A stretch of 64,000 nucleotides of DNA, from the NCBI GenBank assembly GCA_963761335.1, contig CAVXGR010000017.1, positions 128,001 through 192,000 on the forward strand. The letters run 5' to 3'. This DNA is from an uncultured delta proteobacterium. Its GTDB lineage: Bacteria > Desulfobacterota > Binatia > HRBIN30 > BPIQ01. Below, piece by piece: positions 33,705 through 46,899 of this stretch. The notes below the pieces were generated by a model. That model did no database searches. It saw only the letters and a list, made by a program, of their open reading frames with translations, and was not told the DNA's origin. The position numbers were made by a program, and so were the translations under genes. Each line of letters begins with the position of its first letter. Within the stretch, counting starts at the first letter, position 1.

Positions 33705-34505
33705 TTAGGCGGCGCGGCGGAGAATGTCGATCATCTGCGAGTGGATGTGCCCGTTGCTGGCCAGCGTCTGGCCGCGCAGCAGCCGCACGGGGTTGCCGGA
33801 ATGATCGGTCACCGTGCCGCCCGCCTCCTCGACGATCAGCGCCCCGGCGGCGATGTCCCAGGGGCGCAGCGACCATTCCCAGAAGCCGTCGAAGCGGCCG
33901 CTGGCGACGTAGCAGAGGTCGAGCGCGGCCGAGCCGAAGCGGCGGATATCGCGGGCGGTGCGGATGAAATCGCGAAACAAGTCGACGTAGAAGTCGGGGT
34001 GCTCGCGCCGGTCGTGGGGGAAGCCGGTTGCCAGCAGGGCCTCGTCCAGGGTAGCGGTAGGCGAGGTGGATATCCGATGCTCGTTCCTCCAGGCGCCGCC
34101 GTGGCGTTGGGCGTGAAACATCTCGTCGCGGAGCGGATCGTACACGGCGCCGGCGGAGACGATCCCGCGGTGGGCGACGGCGACGGAGACGCTGAAGTGC
34201 GGGCAGGAGTGCACCCAGTTGGTGGTGCCGTCGAGTGGGTCGATGATCCAGCAGTACTCCGGCTCCGCCGGATCGCCGATGGCGGCGCCGGCGGCGGCGG
34301 CGCTCTCCTCGGCGAGCACGGCGTGATCCGGATAGGCGCGGCGGATGGCGTCGACGATCAGCCCCTCGGCGGCGCGATCGCAATCGGTGACCAGATCGAC
34401 GGCGTGCTCCTTGGTGTAGACCCGCCGCGGCTGGTCCCAGTAGCGCCGCAGCAGGCCGCCGGCGTCGCGGGCGACCTGCTGGGCAAACTCCGCCAGCTCC
34501 AGCAT
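33705..34505 (-). CDS. suhB: Inositol monophosphatase family protein
   Basis: DLVTDCD, WIIDPLDGTTNW, RRFGSAALDLCYVASGRFD, WDIAAG. Confidence 0.92.
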   Translation of the reverse strand: MLELAEFAQQVARDAGGLLRRYWDQPRRVYTKEHAVDLVTDCDRAAEGLIVDAIRRAYPDHAVLAEESAAAAGAAIGDPAEPEYCWIIDPLDGTTNWVHSCPHFSVSVAVAHRGIVSAGAVYDPLRDEMFHAQRHGGAWRNEHRISTSPTATLDEALLATGFPHDRREHPDFYVDLFRDFIRTARDIRRFGSAALDLCYVASGRFDGFWEWSLRPWDIAAGALIVEEAGGTVTDHSGNPVRLLRGQTLASNGHIHSQMIDILRRAA

Positions 34506-34583
34506 GGGCCAGCGACCTGCCACAAGACGGGGAGGAGCGCAATCCGCATTTCCGCGAGCGCGCCGGCTCGGCTGATCGCGGGC

Positions 34584-34831
34584 AGCTCCCCGATGTCGGA
34601 TATTGAGAAGCACGATTGCTGCTCGTCCTGGCCGCTGCGGGCGTGGGTCCCCTCTCCCGCATTGCCTGCGGGGGAAGAGGGCCAGGGTGAGGGTGCCGAT
34701 CTTTTTGTAGGCCGCGAAGATCCGCGACCTCTCAGTGAGAACGGGACCCCTCTCCTCAGTCCTCTCCCCGCGGAAATGCGGGGAGAGGGGACTTGGTGCG
34801 GCGGTCGCGGAAATAATCGCAAGCGTCACTT
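34584..34831 (-). repeat. Composite REP-like dispersed repeat, copy B (longest)
   Basis: Inverted homolog of 18460-18666 carrying one extra CCCTCTCCCGCA..TGCGGGGGAAGAGGG hairpin. Confidence 0.9.
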
Positions 34832-34888
34832 GGGGCGTTACCCGGGCGCCAGCCCGCTCTCCCGCATCGATTGCGGCAGAGCGGCAGG

Positions 34889-35788
34889 GTGAGGGCACCG
34901 ATCTCCCCTGCGGCAAAGCGTCTGCGGGTCGACGCTCCTGCCAAGGTCAACCTCGGCCTGCGGATCGTCGGCCGCCGCGCCGACGGCTACCACCTCCTCG
35001 ATTCGCTGATGGTCCCCGTCAGCTTCGGCGACACCGTCGAGATCGGCGCGGACGCCCGCGCCGGCGACATTCATCTCGAGTGCAGCGAGGCAGAGCTTCC
35101 GGCCGGCGAGGACAATCTCGCCTGGCGCGCCGCGGCGCTGATGCGCCGGCGTCTGCGGCGGCAAGGGGGGGTTCGCCTCCGCCTGCAAAAGCGCATACCG
35201 GCAGGCGCCGGGCTCGGCGGCGGCAGCGCCGATGCCGCCGCCGTGCTCGTCGGCCTCGACGCCATGTGGGGAACCCGGCTGTCGCTGGCGGCGCTGGCGG
35301 ATCTGGGGGCCGAGCTGGGCGCCGATGTCCCCTTCGCGGTCCATTGCCGGCCGGCGGTCGTGCGCGGCATCGGCGAGCAATTGACGCCCCTGAGAGGCTT
35401 CAGGCGGCGCTGGCTGGTGCTCGTCTGGCCGGGCTTTCCGATCTCCACGGCATGGGCCTACGGGCAGCTCCGCCGTTCATTGACAAACGCGGTTCCCGCC
35501 CCTATGATCCTCCCCTCCGCGCGGGGCCGCCGGGCTTTGCGCAGTATCCTGTGGAATGACTTGGAAGCGGTAGCCACTGCGGCGTACCCCGAAATCGTAT
35601 CGATAAAGGAGAGAATTTTAGCGCTCGGCGCCGAGGGTGCGTTGATGAGCGGCAGCGGCTCCGCGTGCTTCGGGCTATTCGGTGAGGCGTCGCAGGCAGC
35701 ACGTGCCGCCGCCGCGCTGCGGCGGTCGGGCTTGTGGGCAGAAGCGGTTCATACGATAGAGAGAAGGCCGCCGTTCCGAGTGAGGTGA
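34889..35788 (+). CDS. ispE: 4-diphosphocytidyl-2-C-methyl-D-erythritol kinase
   Basis: APAKVNLGL, KRIPAGAGLGGGSADAA, LGADVPF, MSGSGS; start uncertain. Confidence 0.93.
   Translation: MRAPISPAAKRLRVDAPAKVNLGLRIVGRRADGYHLLDSLMVPVSFGDTVEIGADARAGDIHLECSEAELPAGEDNLAWRAAALMRRRLRRQGGVRLRLQKRIPAGAGLGGGSADAAAVLVGLDAMWGTRLSLAALADLGAELGADVPFAVHCRPAVVRGIGEQLTPLRGFRRRWLVLVWPGFPISTAWAYGQLRRSLTNAVPAPMILPSARGRRALRSILWNDLEAVATAAYPEIVSIKERILALGAEGALMSGSGSACFGLFGEASQAARAAAALRRSGLWAEAVHTIERRPPFRVR
35480..35508 (+). promoter_or_regulatory. Near-consensus sigma70 promoter inside ispE, probably for tRNA-Gln and prs
   Basis: TTGACA-17 bp-TATGAT. Confidence 0.7.
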
Positions 35789-35860
35789 TGGGCGGTCGCC
35801 AAGCGGTAAGGCACCGGACTTTGGATCCGGTATTCGAAGGTTCGAATCCTTCCCGCCCAG
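35789..35860 (+). tRNA. tRNA-Gln (TTG), CCA not encoded
   Basis: Acceptor TGGGCGG/CCGCCCA, anticodon arm CCGGA-CTTTGGA-TCCGG, T arm GAAGG-TTCGAAT-CCTTC; lies between ispE and prs. Confidence 0.96.
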
Positions 35861-35897
35861 CTCTCTCGGAACCAAGGGCAGTTCGGTCAGGTAGACA

Positions 35898-36842
35898 GTG
35901 AGAGACGAGGTCCAGATATTTGCGGGGAATTCCAATCCCCTGCTCGCCGAGGAGGTGTGCAAGCACCTGGGCGTCCGCCTCGGCAATGCCGACGTGCGCC
36001 GCTTCAGCGACGGCGAGATCAACGTGCGCATCGCCGACAACGTGCGCGGCGGCGACGTCTTCGTCATCCAGTCCACCTGCACGCCGGTGAACGACAACCT
36101 CATCGAGCTGCTGCTGATGATCGACGCCTTCCGGCGGGCCTCGGCGTCGCGGATCACTGCCGTGTGCCCCTACTTCGGGTACGCCCGGCAGGACCGCAAG
36201 GTGGACCCGCGCGTGCCGATCAGCGCCAAGGTGGTGGCCGACCTGGTGACCACGGCGGGGGCCTCGCGCGTGCTGACCGTCGATCTGCACGCCGGCCAGA
36301 TCCAGGGCTTCTTCAACATTCCGGTGGACAACCTCTTTGCCACGCCCGTGCTCCTCAACTACGCCAAGCAGCGCCTGCCCCGCGATGGCGTGGCGGTGGT
36401 CTCCCCGGATCCCGGGGGTGTGGAGCGGGCCCGGGCCTTCGCCAAACGGCTGAATGCCGGCCTGGCCATCATCGACAAGCGCCGCCAGCGCGCCAACGAG
36501 GTGGCCGAGATGCGCGTCGTCGGCGAAGTCGATGGACAGAAGGCCGTGATCGTCGACGACATCGTCGACACCGCCGGCACGCTGGCAGCAGCGGCCTCGG
36601 CGCTGACCAAGTCGGGAGCGACCGAGGTTCTGGCCTTCTGCACCCACGCGGTGCTCTCCGGCCCGGCCATCCAGCGCATCAACGACTCGGCCCTGGCCGA
36701 GGTGGTGGTGACCAACACCATTCCCACCTGCGAGGGCGCGCGGCAGTGCTCGAAGATTCGCGTGCTCTCGATCGCGCACCTCATCGGCGAGGCGATTCGG
36801 CGCACCCACAACGAGGAATCGATCAGCTCTCTGTTCGTCTGA
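35898..36842 (+). CDS. prs: Ribose-phosphate pyrophosphokinase
   Basis: [39 protein letters not shown]. Confidence 0.97.
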   Translation: MRDEVQIFAGNSNPLLAEEVCKHLGVRLGNADVRRFSDGEINVRIADNVRGGDVFVIQSTCTPVNDNLIELLLMIDAFRRASASRITAVCPYFGYARQDRKVDPRVPISAKVVADLVTTAGASRVLTVDLHAGQIQGFFNIPVDNLFATPVLLNYAKQRLPRDGVAVVSPDPGGVERARAFAKRLNAGLAIIDKRRQRANEVAEMRVVGEVDGQKAVIVDDIVDTAGTLAAAASALTKSGATEVLAFCTHAVLSGPAIQRINDSALAEVVVTNTIPTCEGARQCSKIRVLSIAHLIGEAIRRTHNEESISSLFV

Positions 36843-36855
36843 AAGGAGAACCCAG

Positions 36856-37524
36856 ATGGAAACCATAGAGATCGCCGCGGCTCTGCGCGCGCAAACCGGC
36901 AAGGGCGCGAATCGCCGTCTGCGCGTCGCCGGCAAGGTGCCGGCGACGTTCTACGGTCCCAAGCGCCAGACGCTCTCCATCGAGGTCGACGCCAAGGAGT
37001 TCGACACCAAGCTCACCAAGGTGGAGGGCTCGCACCTGATTCGCATGAAGTCGGATGCCCCCGAGCTGGAAGGGTGCGTGGCGCTGCTGCGCGAGACGCA
37101 GAGCGAGCCGGTCAGTGGCCGCCCGGTGCACGCCGATTTTCTGGAGATCGATCTCACCAAGAAGCTGGAGGTGCGGGTGCCTCTCCACTACGTCGGCAAG
37201 GCCATCGGAGTCGCCCTGCAGGGCGGGATTCTGCAGCCGATCCAGCGCGAGCTGGAGGTGGTCTGCCTGCCCACGGATATTCCCGAGTTCGTCGAGGTCG
37301 ACGTCTCCGGGCTCAACATTCACGACGTGCTGCACGTCTCGGACCTCAAGCTCCCTGCCGGCGTCGAGGGCGCCAGCGAGGCGGATCTGGCGCTGGTCAC
37401 GGTGATGCCGCCGACCGTCGAGGAGGTGAAGGTCGAGGCGGCCGAAGGGGTCGTGGCCGAAGCCGCGCCGGCGGCCGGTGCCGAGGCGGCCAAGCCCGAG
37501 GAAAAGAAGGGTGGCGCTGCCTAG
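36856..37524 (+). CDS. rplY: 50S ribosomal protein L25/CTC
   Basis: GKGANRRLR..GKVPA..YG, HADF, CLPTDIP. Confidence 0.95.
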   Translation: METIEIAAALRAQTGKGANRRLRVAGKVPATFYGPKRQTLSIEVDAKEFDTKLTKVEGSHLIRMKSDAPELEGCVALLRETQSEPVSGRPVHADFLEIDLTKKLEVRVPLHYVGKAIGVALQGGILQPIQRELEVVCLPTDIPEFVEVDVSGLNIHDVLHVSDLKLPAGVEGASEADLALVTVMPPTVEEVKVEAAEGVVAEAAPAAGAEAAKPEEKKGGAA

Positions 37525-37530
37525 CTCCCA

Positions 37531-38133
37531 ATGCGCACCGTCGTCGGTCTGGGAAACCCGGGCGACGAGTACGCCGGCACGCGCCACAACGTCGGCTTCG
37601 AGGTGGTGGAACGACTGGCGCGGCGCCGGGGCGTCGCCTTCAATCGCCCTCGCCGCGGCTCCCGCGTGGCCCGCACCTCGTGCGCGGGCACTGCCGTGCT
37701 GCTGGTGGAGCCGCTGATGTTCATGAACTGCTCCGGCGACGCCATGGCGCGGCTCGACGCCGATCTGCGGCCGGCTGCCGCGGAGATGATCGTCGTCCAT
37801 GACGACCTCGATCTCGCCTGCGGTCGAGTGGCCGTGAAGCGCGGCGGTGGCACCGGCGGGCACCGCGGGCTGGCATCGCTGGTCGCCTGGGGCGGCGGCG
37901 ATTTCGCGCGCGTGCGCCTCGGCATCGGACGTCCCGCCGCCGGCGAGGACGTGACCGGATTCGTCCTGCGGCGCTTTCGGCGCGACGAGCGAGAGTTGAT
38001 CGACGCCGGCCTCGAGCGCGCCGCTGACGCCGTCGAGGCCATCCTGACCGACGGCGTGGAGCGCGCCATGAACTCTTTCAACACGCGGCCGGTGGCGGCC
38101 GACTCCCCATCGGGGAACCAGAGGAGACAGTGA
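37531..38133 (+). CDS. pth: Peptidyl-tRNA hydrolase
   Basis: VGLGNPG, TRHNVGF, FMNCSG, VHDDLDL, GGHRGL, RLGIGRP. Confidence 0.95.
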   Translation: MRTVVGLGNPGDEYAGTRHNVGFEVVERLARRRGVAFNRPRRGSRVARTSCAGTAVLLVEPLMFMNCSGDAMARLDADLRPAAAEMIVVHDDLDLACGRVAVKRGGGTGGHRGLASLVAWGGGDFARVRLGIGRPAAGEDVTGFVLRRFRRDERELIDAGLERAADAVEAILTDGVERAMNSFNTRPVAADSPSGNQRRQ

Positions 38134-38519
38134 TGTATCCATACGAGACCTTGTTCATCCTGCAGCCCGAGCTGCCGGAAGCGCAGATTCGCGAGACCAT
38201 TGACCGCGCCAAGCGGCTGATCGAAGGCCTCGAGGGCACCGTTTCCGACGTCAACGAGTGGGGAATTCGCGACCTCGCCTACCAGATTGAAAAGCACAGC
38301 CGCGGCTACTATGTCCTCCTCGAGTACACCGCCAAGCCTGCGGTCGTCTGGGAGCTCGAGCGGACCATGAAGATCGCCGACGAGGTGCTGCGCTTCGTCA
38401 CCGTGCGACGGCGGCCGAAGCGAGTGATCAAGAAACGCAAGGAGAAGGCGGAACGCCCGCAGCCGCCGCGCGAAGAGAGCCAGCCGGAAGCCGTCGGATC
38501 CGTGTCAGAGGAGGTCTAG
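38133..38519 (+). CDS. rpsF: 30S ribosomal protein S6
   Basis: YETLFILQP, WGIRDLAYQI, GYYVLL; GAGGAG RBS. Confidence 0.95.
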   Translation: MYPYETLFILQPELPEAQIRETIDRAKRLIEGLEGTVSDVNEWGIRDLAYQIEKHSRGYYVLLEYTAKPAVVWELERTMKIADEVLRFVTVRRRPKRVIKKRKEKAERPQPPREESQPEAVGSVSEEV

Positions 38520-38528
38520 GAGAAAGCC

Positions 38529-38825
38529 ATGGCAAGAGAGGGAAGCAAGGGCCGCGGCAAGCGTGGCGCGGGTCGCGGCGACGACAAGAACATCTTCCGC
38601 CGGCGCGGGCCCGGCCGGCGCAAGGTCTGCCGCTTCTGCGCCGAAAAGGAGTCGGCCATCGACTACAAGGACTCCCGCACGCTGTCGAACTTCGTGACCG
38701 AGCGGGGCAAGATCGTCCCCAGCCGGATCACCGGGAACTGCGCTCGGCATCAGCGCCAGCTCACCACCGCCATCAAGCGGGCGCGCACGGTGGCCCTGCT
38801 GCCGTTCACTACGGTGCACGCCTGA
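38529..38825 (+). CDS. rpsR: 30S ribosomal protein S18 (zinc-binding form)
   Basis: [32 protein letters not shown]. Confidence 0.96.
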   Translation: MAREGSKGRGKRGAGRGDDKNIFRRRGPGRRKVCRFCAEKESAIDYKDSRTLSNFVTERGKIVPSRITGNCARHQRQLTTAIKRARTVALLPFTTVHA

Positions 38826-38853
38826 GCCAGGCGGGGCCCGCGAGGAAGATGCG

Positions 38854-39300
38854 ATGGAAGTGATTCTCAAAGAGGAAGTCGCGAAGCTCGGATCGATCGG
38901 CGACATCGTCAAGGTGAAGGCAGGCTTTGCACGCAACTACCTGCTGCCGCGCGGCATGGCCGTGCTCGCCGACCGCCGCAATACGAGCGCCATGGAGCAC
39001 CAGAAGCGGATCGCCGGCGAGAAGCGCGAGCGCGATCTGCGCGCCTCCAAGAACCTGGCGGGCAACATCGAGTCGCTCACCGTGACCATCGCCGCGCGCG
39101 CCGGCGAAGAGGGCAAGCTGTTCGGCTCGGTCACCAATCAGGACATCGAGCGCGCCCTGCAGGAGAAGGGCTTCAGCATCGAGCGCCGCCGCATCCGCCT
39201 CGACGAGCCGATCAAGTCGCTCGGGCAGCACACGGTGGTCGTGCATTTGCCTCTCAGCGTCGAGGCCAAGATCACCGTCTCGGTCGTCCCGGAAGAGTAG
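38854..39300 (+). CDS. rplI: 50S ribosomal protein L9
   Basis: MEVIL, VKAGFARNYLLP, GKLFGSVT. Confidence 0.97.
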   Translation: MEVILKEEVAKLGSIGDIVKVKAGFARNYLLPRGMAVLADRRNTSAMEHQKRIAGEKRERDLRASKNLAGNIESLTVTIAARAGEEGKLFGSVTNQDIERALQEKGFSIERRRIRLDEPIKSLGQHTVVVHLPLSVEAKITVSVVPEE

Positions 39301-39320
39301 AAGAGGCGTCCCGCCTCTTC
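39297..39320 (+). repeat. GTAG-headed REP singlet overlapping the rplI stop
   Basis: GTAGAAGAGGCGTCCCGCCTCTTC, 9-bp stem. Confidence 0.8.
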
Positions 39321-39323
39321 CTT

Positions 39324-39361
39324 CGTTCCCGGTTCTCGTTCCGTCGTTTTTCATTGTTCTG
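39324..39361 (+). repeat. Solo copy of the 62302/62507 inverted-repeat arm
   Basis: CGTTCCCGGTTCTCGTTCCGTCGTTTTTCATTGTTCTG vs CATTCCCGGTTCTCATCCCGTCGTTTTCCATTGTTCTG. Confidence 0.75.
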
Positions 39362-39395
39362 GAGCCGCGCGAGATTGATCAGCTGTCGGCGATCG

Positions 39396-40376
39396 ATGCG
39401 CACCCTCGGGCTCGCCGTCCTGCTTTTTCTCGCCGCCGCGCCGGCTCCTGCCTGGACGATCTCCGCTGCCTCCTCCGACCCCACGCCCCTCGCCGCGGGG
39501 CCGGGCGCCTCGGAGCTGAGCGGCATCACCTGGGCCGGCGGCGATCGATATTACGCCGTCTCCGATGACCTCCCGCGCCTCTTCAGGCTCGCAGTCGCCA
39601 TCGCGCCGAGCTCCGGAGCCATCGTCTCGGCGCGGGTCGAACACGCCGTGCCGCTGGCGTCGGGCTCGGATCTCGAGGGAGTGGCCTACGATCGCTCGAA
39701 GGGCGCCGTCTTCGTCACCGACGAGGAGGGCCCGATGCTGCGCGAGTACAGCGTCGCCGATGGCGGGATCCTTCGCCGCGTGCCGCTGCCTCGGGTCTTC
39801 TATCGCTATCGCACCAATCTGAGCCTCGAGTCCGTCTCCCTCGCACCCGGCCGCGACTGTCTGTGGATCGCCAACGAGGAGGCGCTGAAGGGCGACGGCC
39901 CGATCTCGTCCACGACCGCGGGCACGCGGGTACGGCTGCAGAAATTCGATGCCTCACTGGAGCCCGTGGGGCAGTGGGCCTACGTCACCGATCCCATTCC
40001 CGGGGAGCTCGGAGACACCGGCCGTCACCTCGAGGCCAGCGGCGTATCCGACCTTCTGGCGCTGCCCGACGGCGGCCTTCTGGTCCTCGAGCGGGCCTTC
40101 GGCACGGCGCCGTTCGGCTTTCGCATTCGCATCTACGCCGTCGATTTTCGCGGCGCCACCGATGTCTCTCGCCTGCCGAGCCTGAAGGGAGGCGATTTCG
40201 CACCGGTGCAGAAGTCGCTTCTCTGGGAGGGCCGCTTCGCACTCGACAACTTCGAGGGCATGGCCCTCGGCCCGCGGCTCTCCGGTGGGGCCTACAGCGT
40301 TCTGCTCGTCTCCGACGACGGCAGCGGCATGAGGCAGGACCTCTACGCCCTGCGGCTGGCGCCCTCACGCCAGTAA
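39396..40376 (+). CDS. Secreted esterase-like/phytase-like beta-propeller protein
   Basis: Signal peptide, ELSGI..AVSD, DLEGV, LLVLER, DNFEGMALGP, LVSDD. Confidence 0.8.
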   Translation: MRTLGLAVLLFLAAAPAPAWTISAASSDPTPLAAGPGASELSGITWAGGDRYYAVSDDLPRLFRLAVAIAPSSGAIVSARVEHAVPLASGSDLEGVAYDRSKGAVFVTDEEGPMLREYSVADGGILRRVPLPRVFYRYRTNLSLESVSLAPGRDCLWIANEEALKGDGPISSTTAGTRVRLQKFDASLEPVGQWAYVTDPIPGELGDTGRHLEASGVSDLLALPDGGLLVLERAFGTAPFGFRIRIYAVDFRGATDVSRLPSLKGGDFAPVQKSLLWEGRFALDNFEGMALGPRLSGGAYSVLLVSDDGSGMRQDLYALRLAPSRQ

Positions 40377-40499
40377 GGGGACTGGCTCCTCTTCGGCGCA
40401 CGAAGACTTCGAGCACGGTCCCGGGCCTCGCCGCCGAAGAGGTGCCTGTCCCCGGAGTTTCCGGGAGCGCGGCCCGCTGGGCCGTCTCTGCTGTCTTCG

Positions 40500-44060
<3,561 letters not shown>

Positions 44061-44171
44061 TGAACTGATACCTGTACTCTACCGGGGTGGGCTATGCCAA
44101 CCTCGTTGGCGGGCACGGATGTGGAAAGGTTTTCCCACATGCCCGCGCCCCTTCCGGGGCGACCAGTTTCC

Positions 44172-44206
44172 CGCGACAAATCACCGCAGGGCGGCGATTT
44201 GACGCG
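44172..44206. promoter_or_regulatory. Two adjacent RegA/PrrA-like boxes
   Basis: 44172-44188 reads TGCGG-TGATTT-GTCGCG on the minus strand; 44190-44206 GGCGG-CGATTT-GACGCG on the plus strand. Confidence 0.55.
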
Positions 44207-44238
44207 GGCCACCCCTCGGCGCACACGAAAGGGATCCC

Positions 44239-46773
44239 ATGCAGACTTCCGCCGCGGCGCCGCGTAAAGGCGACATTCGCCTTCCGCTTTTTGCGATCTT
44301 CTTCGCTTCGGGCTTCACCGGTCTCGTCTACGAGGTGCTGTGGCTGCGACAGCTGTCGCTGCTCTTTGGCAGCACCGCGCCGGCCGCGGCGACGACCCTG
44401 GCGGTGTTCTTCGCCGGCCTGTCGCTGGGAAGCTGGCTCCTGGGAGAACGGGCGGCACGCTCGCCGCGGCCGTTGCGTCTCTACGCCCTGCTCGAGGTCG
44501 GCGTCGCCGTGACCGCGGCGGCGTACTTCCTTCTTCTCGATCTCTACCACGCCGTCTATGCGCCGCTGTTTCGCACCTTCGAAGGGCATGTCGCCGCCTT
44601 CATCGCCGTGAAGGTGGCGCTGTCGGCAGGTGTGCTGTTGCCGCCGGCGATTCTCATGGGCGGCACCTTTCCGGTGCTCGGACAGCATCTGGTGCGGCGT
44701 CGCAGCGAGCTCGGCCGCGTCGCCAGCCTGCTCTATGCCGTCAACACTCTCGGTGGGGCCGCGGGGGCCCTGGCGGCTGGCTTCTGGCTTCCCGTGATCC
44801 TGGGCTTCAGGCGCTCGTATCTGATGGCGATGGGCTTCAGCATCGGGCTCGGCGCCGCCGCCGCCCTGGTCGACTGGTGGGAGGGGCGACGGGAACGGCC
44901 AGAGCCCGCCGCGGTCCCAGAGCCTTCGGAGAGCGACATTTCTCCACCTTCGCAGCGGGGCCTCCTCATCCTCGCCTTTCTCTCCGGCTTCGCGGCCCTG
45001 AGCGCAGAGGTTCTGTGGACGCGGATGTTCGCCCAGGTGCTGCACAACTCGGTGTACTCGTTCGCCATCATTCTGGTGACCTTTCTCACGGCGCTGGCCC
45101 TGGGCTCGGTGCTGACGCATTTTCTCAGCCGTTCGTCGCTGCGCGCCCGGCCGGCCCTGTTCTGGTTGTTGATGCTGGCGGGAATTGGCACCGGCGCGAG
45201 CCCGCTGCTCTTCTACTGGATCACGGGAGGGCTCGACTACGTCGCCGGCACGGCGCCCTGGCCGCAGTACGTGCTCGCCGTCTTCCGCACCGCGGCCGAG
45301 GTGATGTTCGTCCCCGGGGTGCTCATCGGCAGCGTGTTTCCTTTCCTGCTCAAGGTCGCGGAGGAGTCGGTGCAGAGCCCTGGGCGCGTCATCGGCCGCC
45401 TGGCGGCGGTGAACACCGCGGGCAGCATCGTCGGGTCCCTGTGTGCCGGCTTCGTATTGCTGAGCTGGCTGGGGCTGTGGGCGAGCCTGCGCACCGTGGC
45501 GCTCGTCTATTTTCTCGCCGCCTGGGCGCTCGCGGGACGAGAGGTGTCGAGCCGCGCCTGGGTTGGCGCCCTGCCGGCAGCCGCCCTGCTGATATTCGTC
45601 ACCTTCCTCGACCCGTCGCGGCTGCCGGTGGTGCGCGCTGGCGCACCCGGCGCCGAGTGCATCTATCAGGTGTGGGAGAGCTCCCAGGGGATCGTCGCCG
45701 TGGTGCGCGACGGCGACGACCTGCGCCTCAAGGTGGACAACTACTACTCGCTCGGCGGCACCGCGGCGCGCACCTACGAGGAGACGCAGGCGGACATTCC
45801 CATCGTCATTCACCCGCGGCCGCGATCCGCGTTCTTTCTCGGGCTCGGCACCGGCATCACCGCGGGGGCGGCACTGCGGCACCCGAGCATCGAGCGGGTC
45901 ACCACCTGCGAGCTGATCGCCGACGTGGCGGTCGCCACGCGGAAGTATTTCGGCAGCTACATCAATGGGCTGTTCGACGATCCGCGCTCCAAGGTGGTCA
46001 TCGAGGACGGCCGCAACTATCTTCTCGGAACCGCGGAGCGCTACGACGTCATTGTCTCCGATCTCTTCATTCCCTGGCAGCCGGGCGCCGGTAGCCTGTA
46101 CTCGAAGGAGCACTTCGAGGCGGTGCGGCGGCGCCTGAAACCCGGCGGGATATTCGCGCAATGGCTGCCGCTCTATCAGCTGTCGCGCCAGGAGTTCTTC
46201 ACCATCGCCCACACGATGCTGGACGTGTTTCCGCAAGTTACGCTGTGGCGGGGGGACTTCTTTCCGCAGAAGCCGATCGTTGCCCTCGTCGGCAGCGAGT
46301 CGGATCAGCCGCTCGACGCCGAGGCATTGGTGCGCAACTTCCGCAAGCGCCGCGGCGACGAGCACGCCTCGCGCGACGCGGTGATGGGTCTATCGGCGCT
46401 CTTCTACGCCGGCGACCTCGGCCGCAGCCGCGACCTGTTCGCCGGCTACCCGGTGAACACCGACGATCGGCCGCTCATCGAGTACTCGTCTCCAGTGACC
46501 CAGCGCGAGCACTGGGGCCGCGGCAAGCCGTGGTTCACCGGCCTCGATCTCGCAGCGCTGTACGAGACGCTGTTGGCGCGCACGCCGCCCGAGCAGGATC
46601 CCTACCTGCGCCAGCTGACCGCCGCGGAGCGCGGCTACGTACGCGCCGGCCTCGAGCTCTATCGGGCCAACGCCTACAAGAGCGCCGGCCGCGAGGATGA
46701 GTCGCATCGCTATGCGGAAGAGTTCGCCCGCCTGGTGCCCCCGGCGATCAGCAAGATGTTCCAGCCGAAGTAG
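44239..46773 (+). CDS. Fused multi-TM (MFS-like)/spermidine-synthase-like SAM-dependent protein
   Basis: Two TM repeats (SGFTGLVYEVLW, SGFAALSAEVLW), LGLGTGIT, EDGRNYL, YDVIVSD, LKPGGIFAQWLP. Confidence 0.88.
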   Translation: MQTSAAAPRKGDIRLPLFAIFFASGFTGLVYEVLWLRQLSLLFGSTAPAAATTLAVFFAGLSLGSWLLGERAARSPRPLRLYALLEVGVAVTAAAYFLLLDLYHAVYAPLFRTFEGHVAAFIAVKVALSAGVLLPPAILMGGTFPVLGQHLVRRRSELGRVASLLYAVNTLGGAAGALAAGFWLPVILGFRRSYLMAMGFSIGLGAAAALVDWWEGRRERPEPAAVPEPSESDISPPSQRGLLILAFLSGFAALSAEVLWTRMFAQVLHNSVYSFAIILVTFLTALALGSVLTHFLSRSSLRARPALFWLLMLAGIGTGASPLLFYWITGGLDYVAGTAPWPQYVLAVFRTAAEVMFVPGVLIGSVFPFLLKVAEESVQSPGRVIGRLAAVNTAGSIVGSLCAGFVLLSWLGLWASLRTVALVYFLAAWALAGREVSSRAWVGALPAAALLIFVTFLDPSRLPVVRAGAPGAECIYQVWESSQGIVAVVRDGDDLRLKVDNYYSLGGTAARTYEETQADIPIVIHPRPRSAFFLGLGTGITAGAALRHPSIERVTTCELIADVAVATRKYFGSYINGLFDDPRSKVVIEDGRNYLLGTAERYDVIVSDLFIPWQPGAGSLYSKEHFEAVRRRLKPGGIFAQWLPLYQLSRQEFFTIAHTMLDVFPQVTLWRGDFFPQKPIVALVGSESDQPLDAEALVRNFRKRRGDEHASRDAVMGLSALFYAGDLGRSRDLFAGYPVNTDDRPLIEYSSPVTQREHWGRGKPWFTGLDLAALYETLLARTPPEQDPYLRQLTAAERGYVRAGLELYRANAYKSAGREDESHRYAEEFARLVPPAISKMFQPK

Positions 46774-46827
46774 AAGCGCCGCCCCGGCGCTTTCTGAAGC
46801 GGCGAGACGCCGAGACGGCGCTTCTAC
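46770..46827. repeat. GTAG-headed REP inverted doublet overlapping a stop codon
   Basis: GTAGAAGCGCCG...CGGCGCTTCTAC. Confidence 0.85.
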
Positions 46828-46899
46828 TTGGCCCGCCCACGTCCTTGACTCGCGGCAACCAGTCATCCAACTTCAGGGCCGCGAGAGGATGGGCTCGAG

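Noticed and set aside
33705..34916. Long N-terminal extensions in the ORF track for suhB and for the 49980-51242 ORF
   Set aside because: Extensions are translated repeat or overlapping DNA; homology begins at 34505 and 50750
35789..35897. tRNA-Gln as an integration site
   Set aside because: No integrase, no duplicated tRNA 3' end, and prs follows directly
44061..44170. SAM, SAH or cobalamin riboswitch upstream of metH
   Set aside because: Only simple hairpins; no recognisable conserved core
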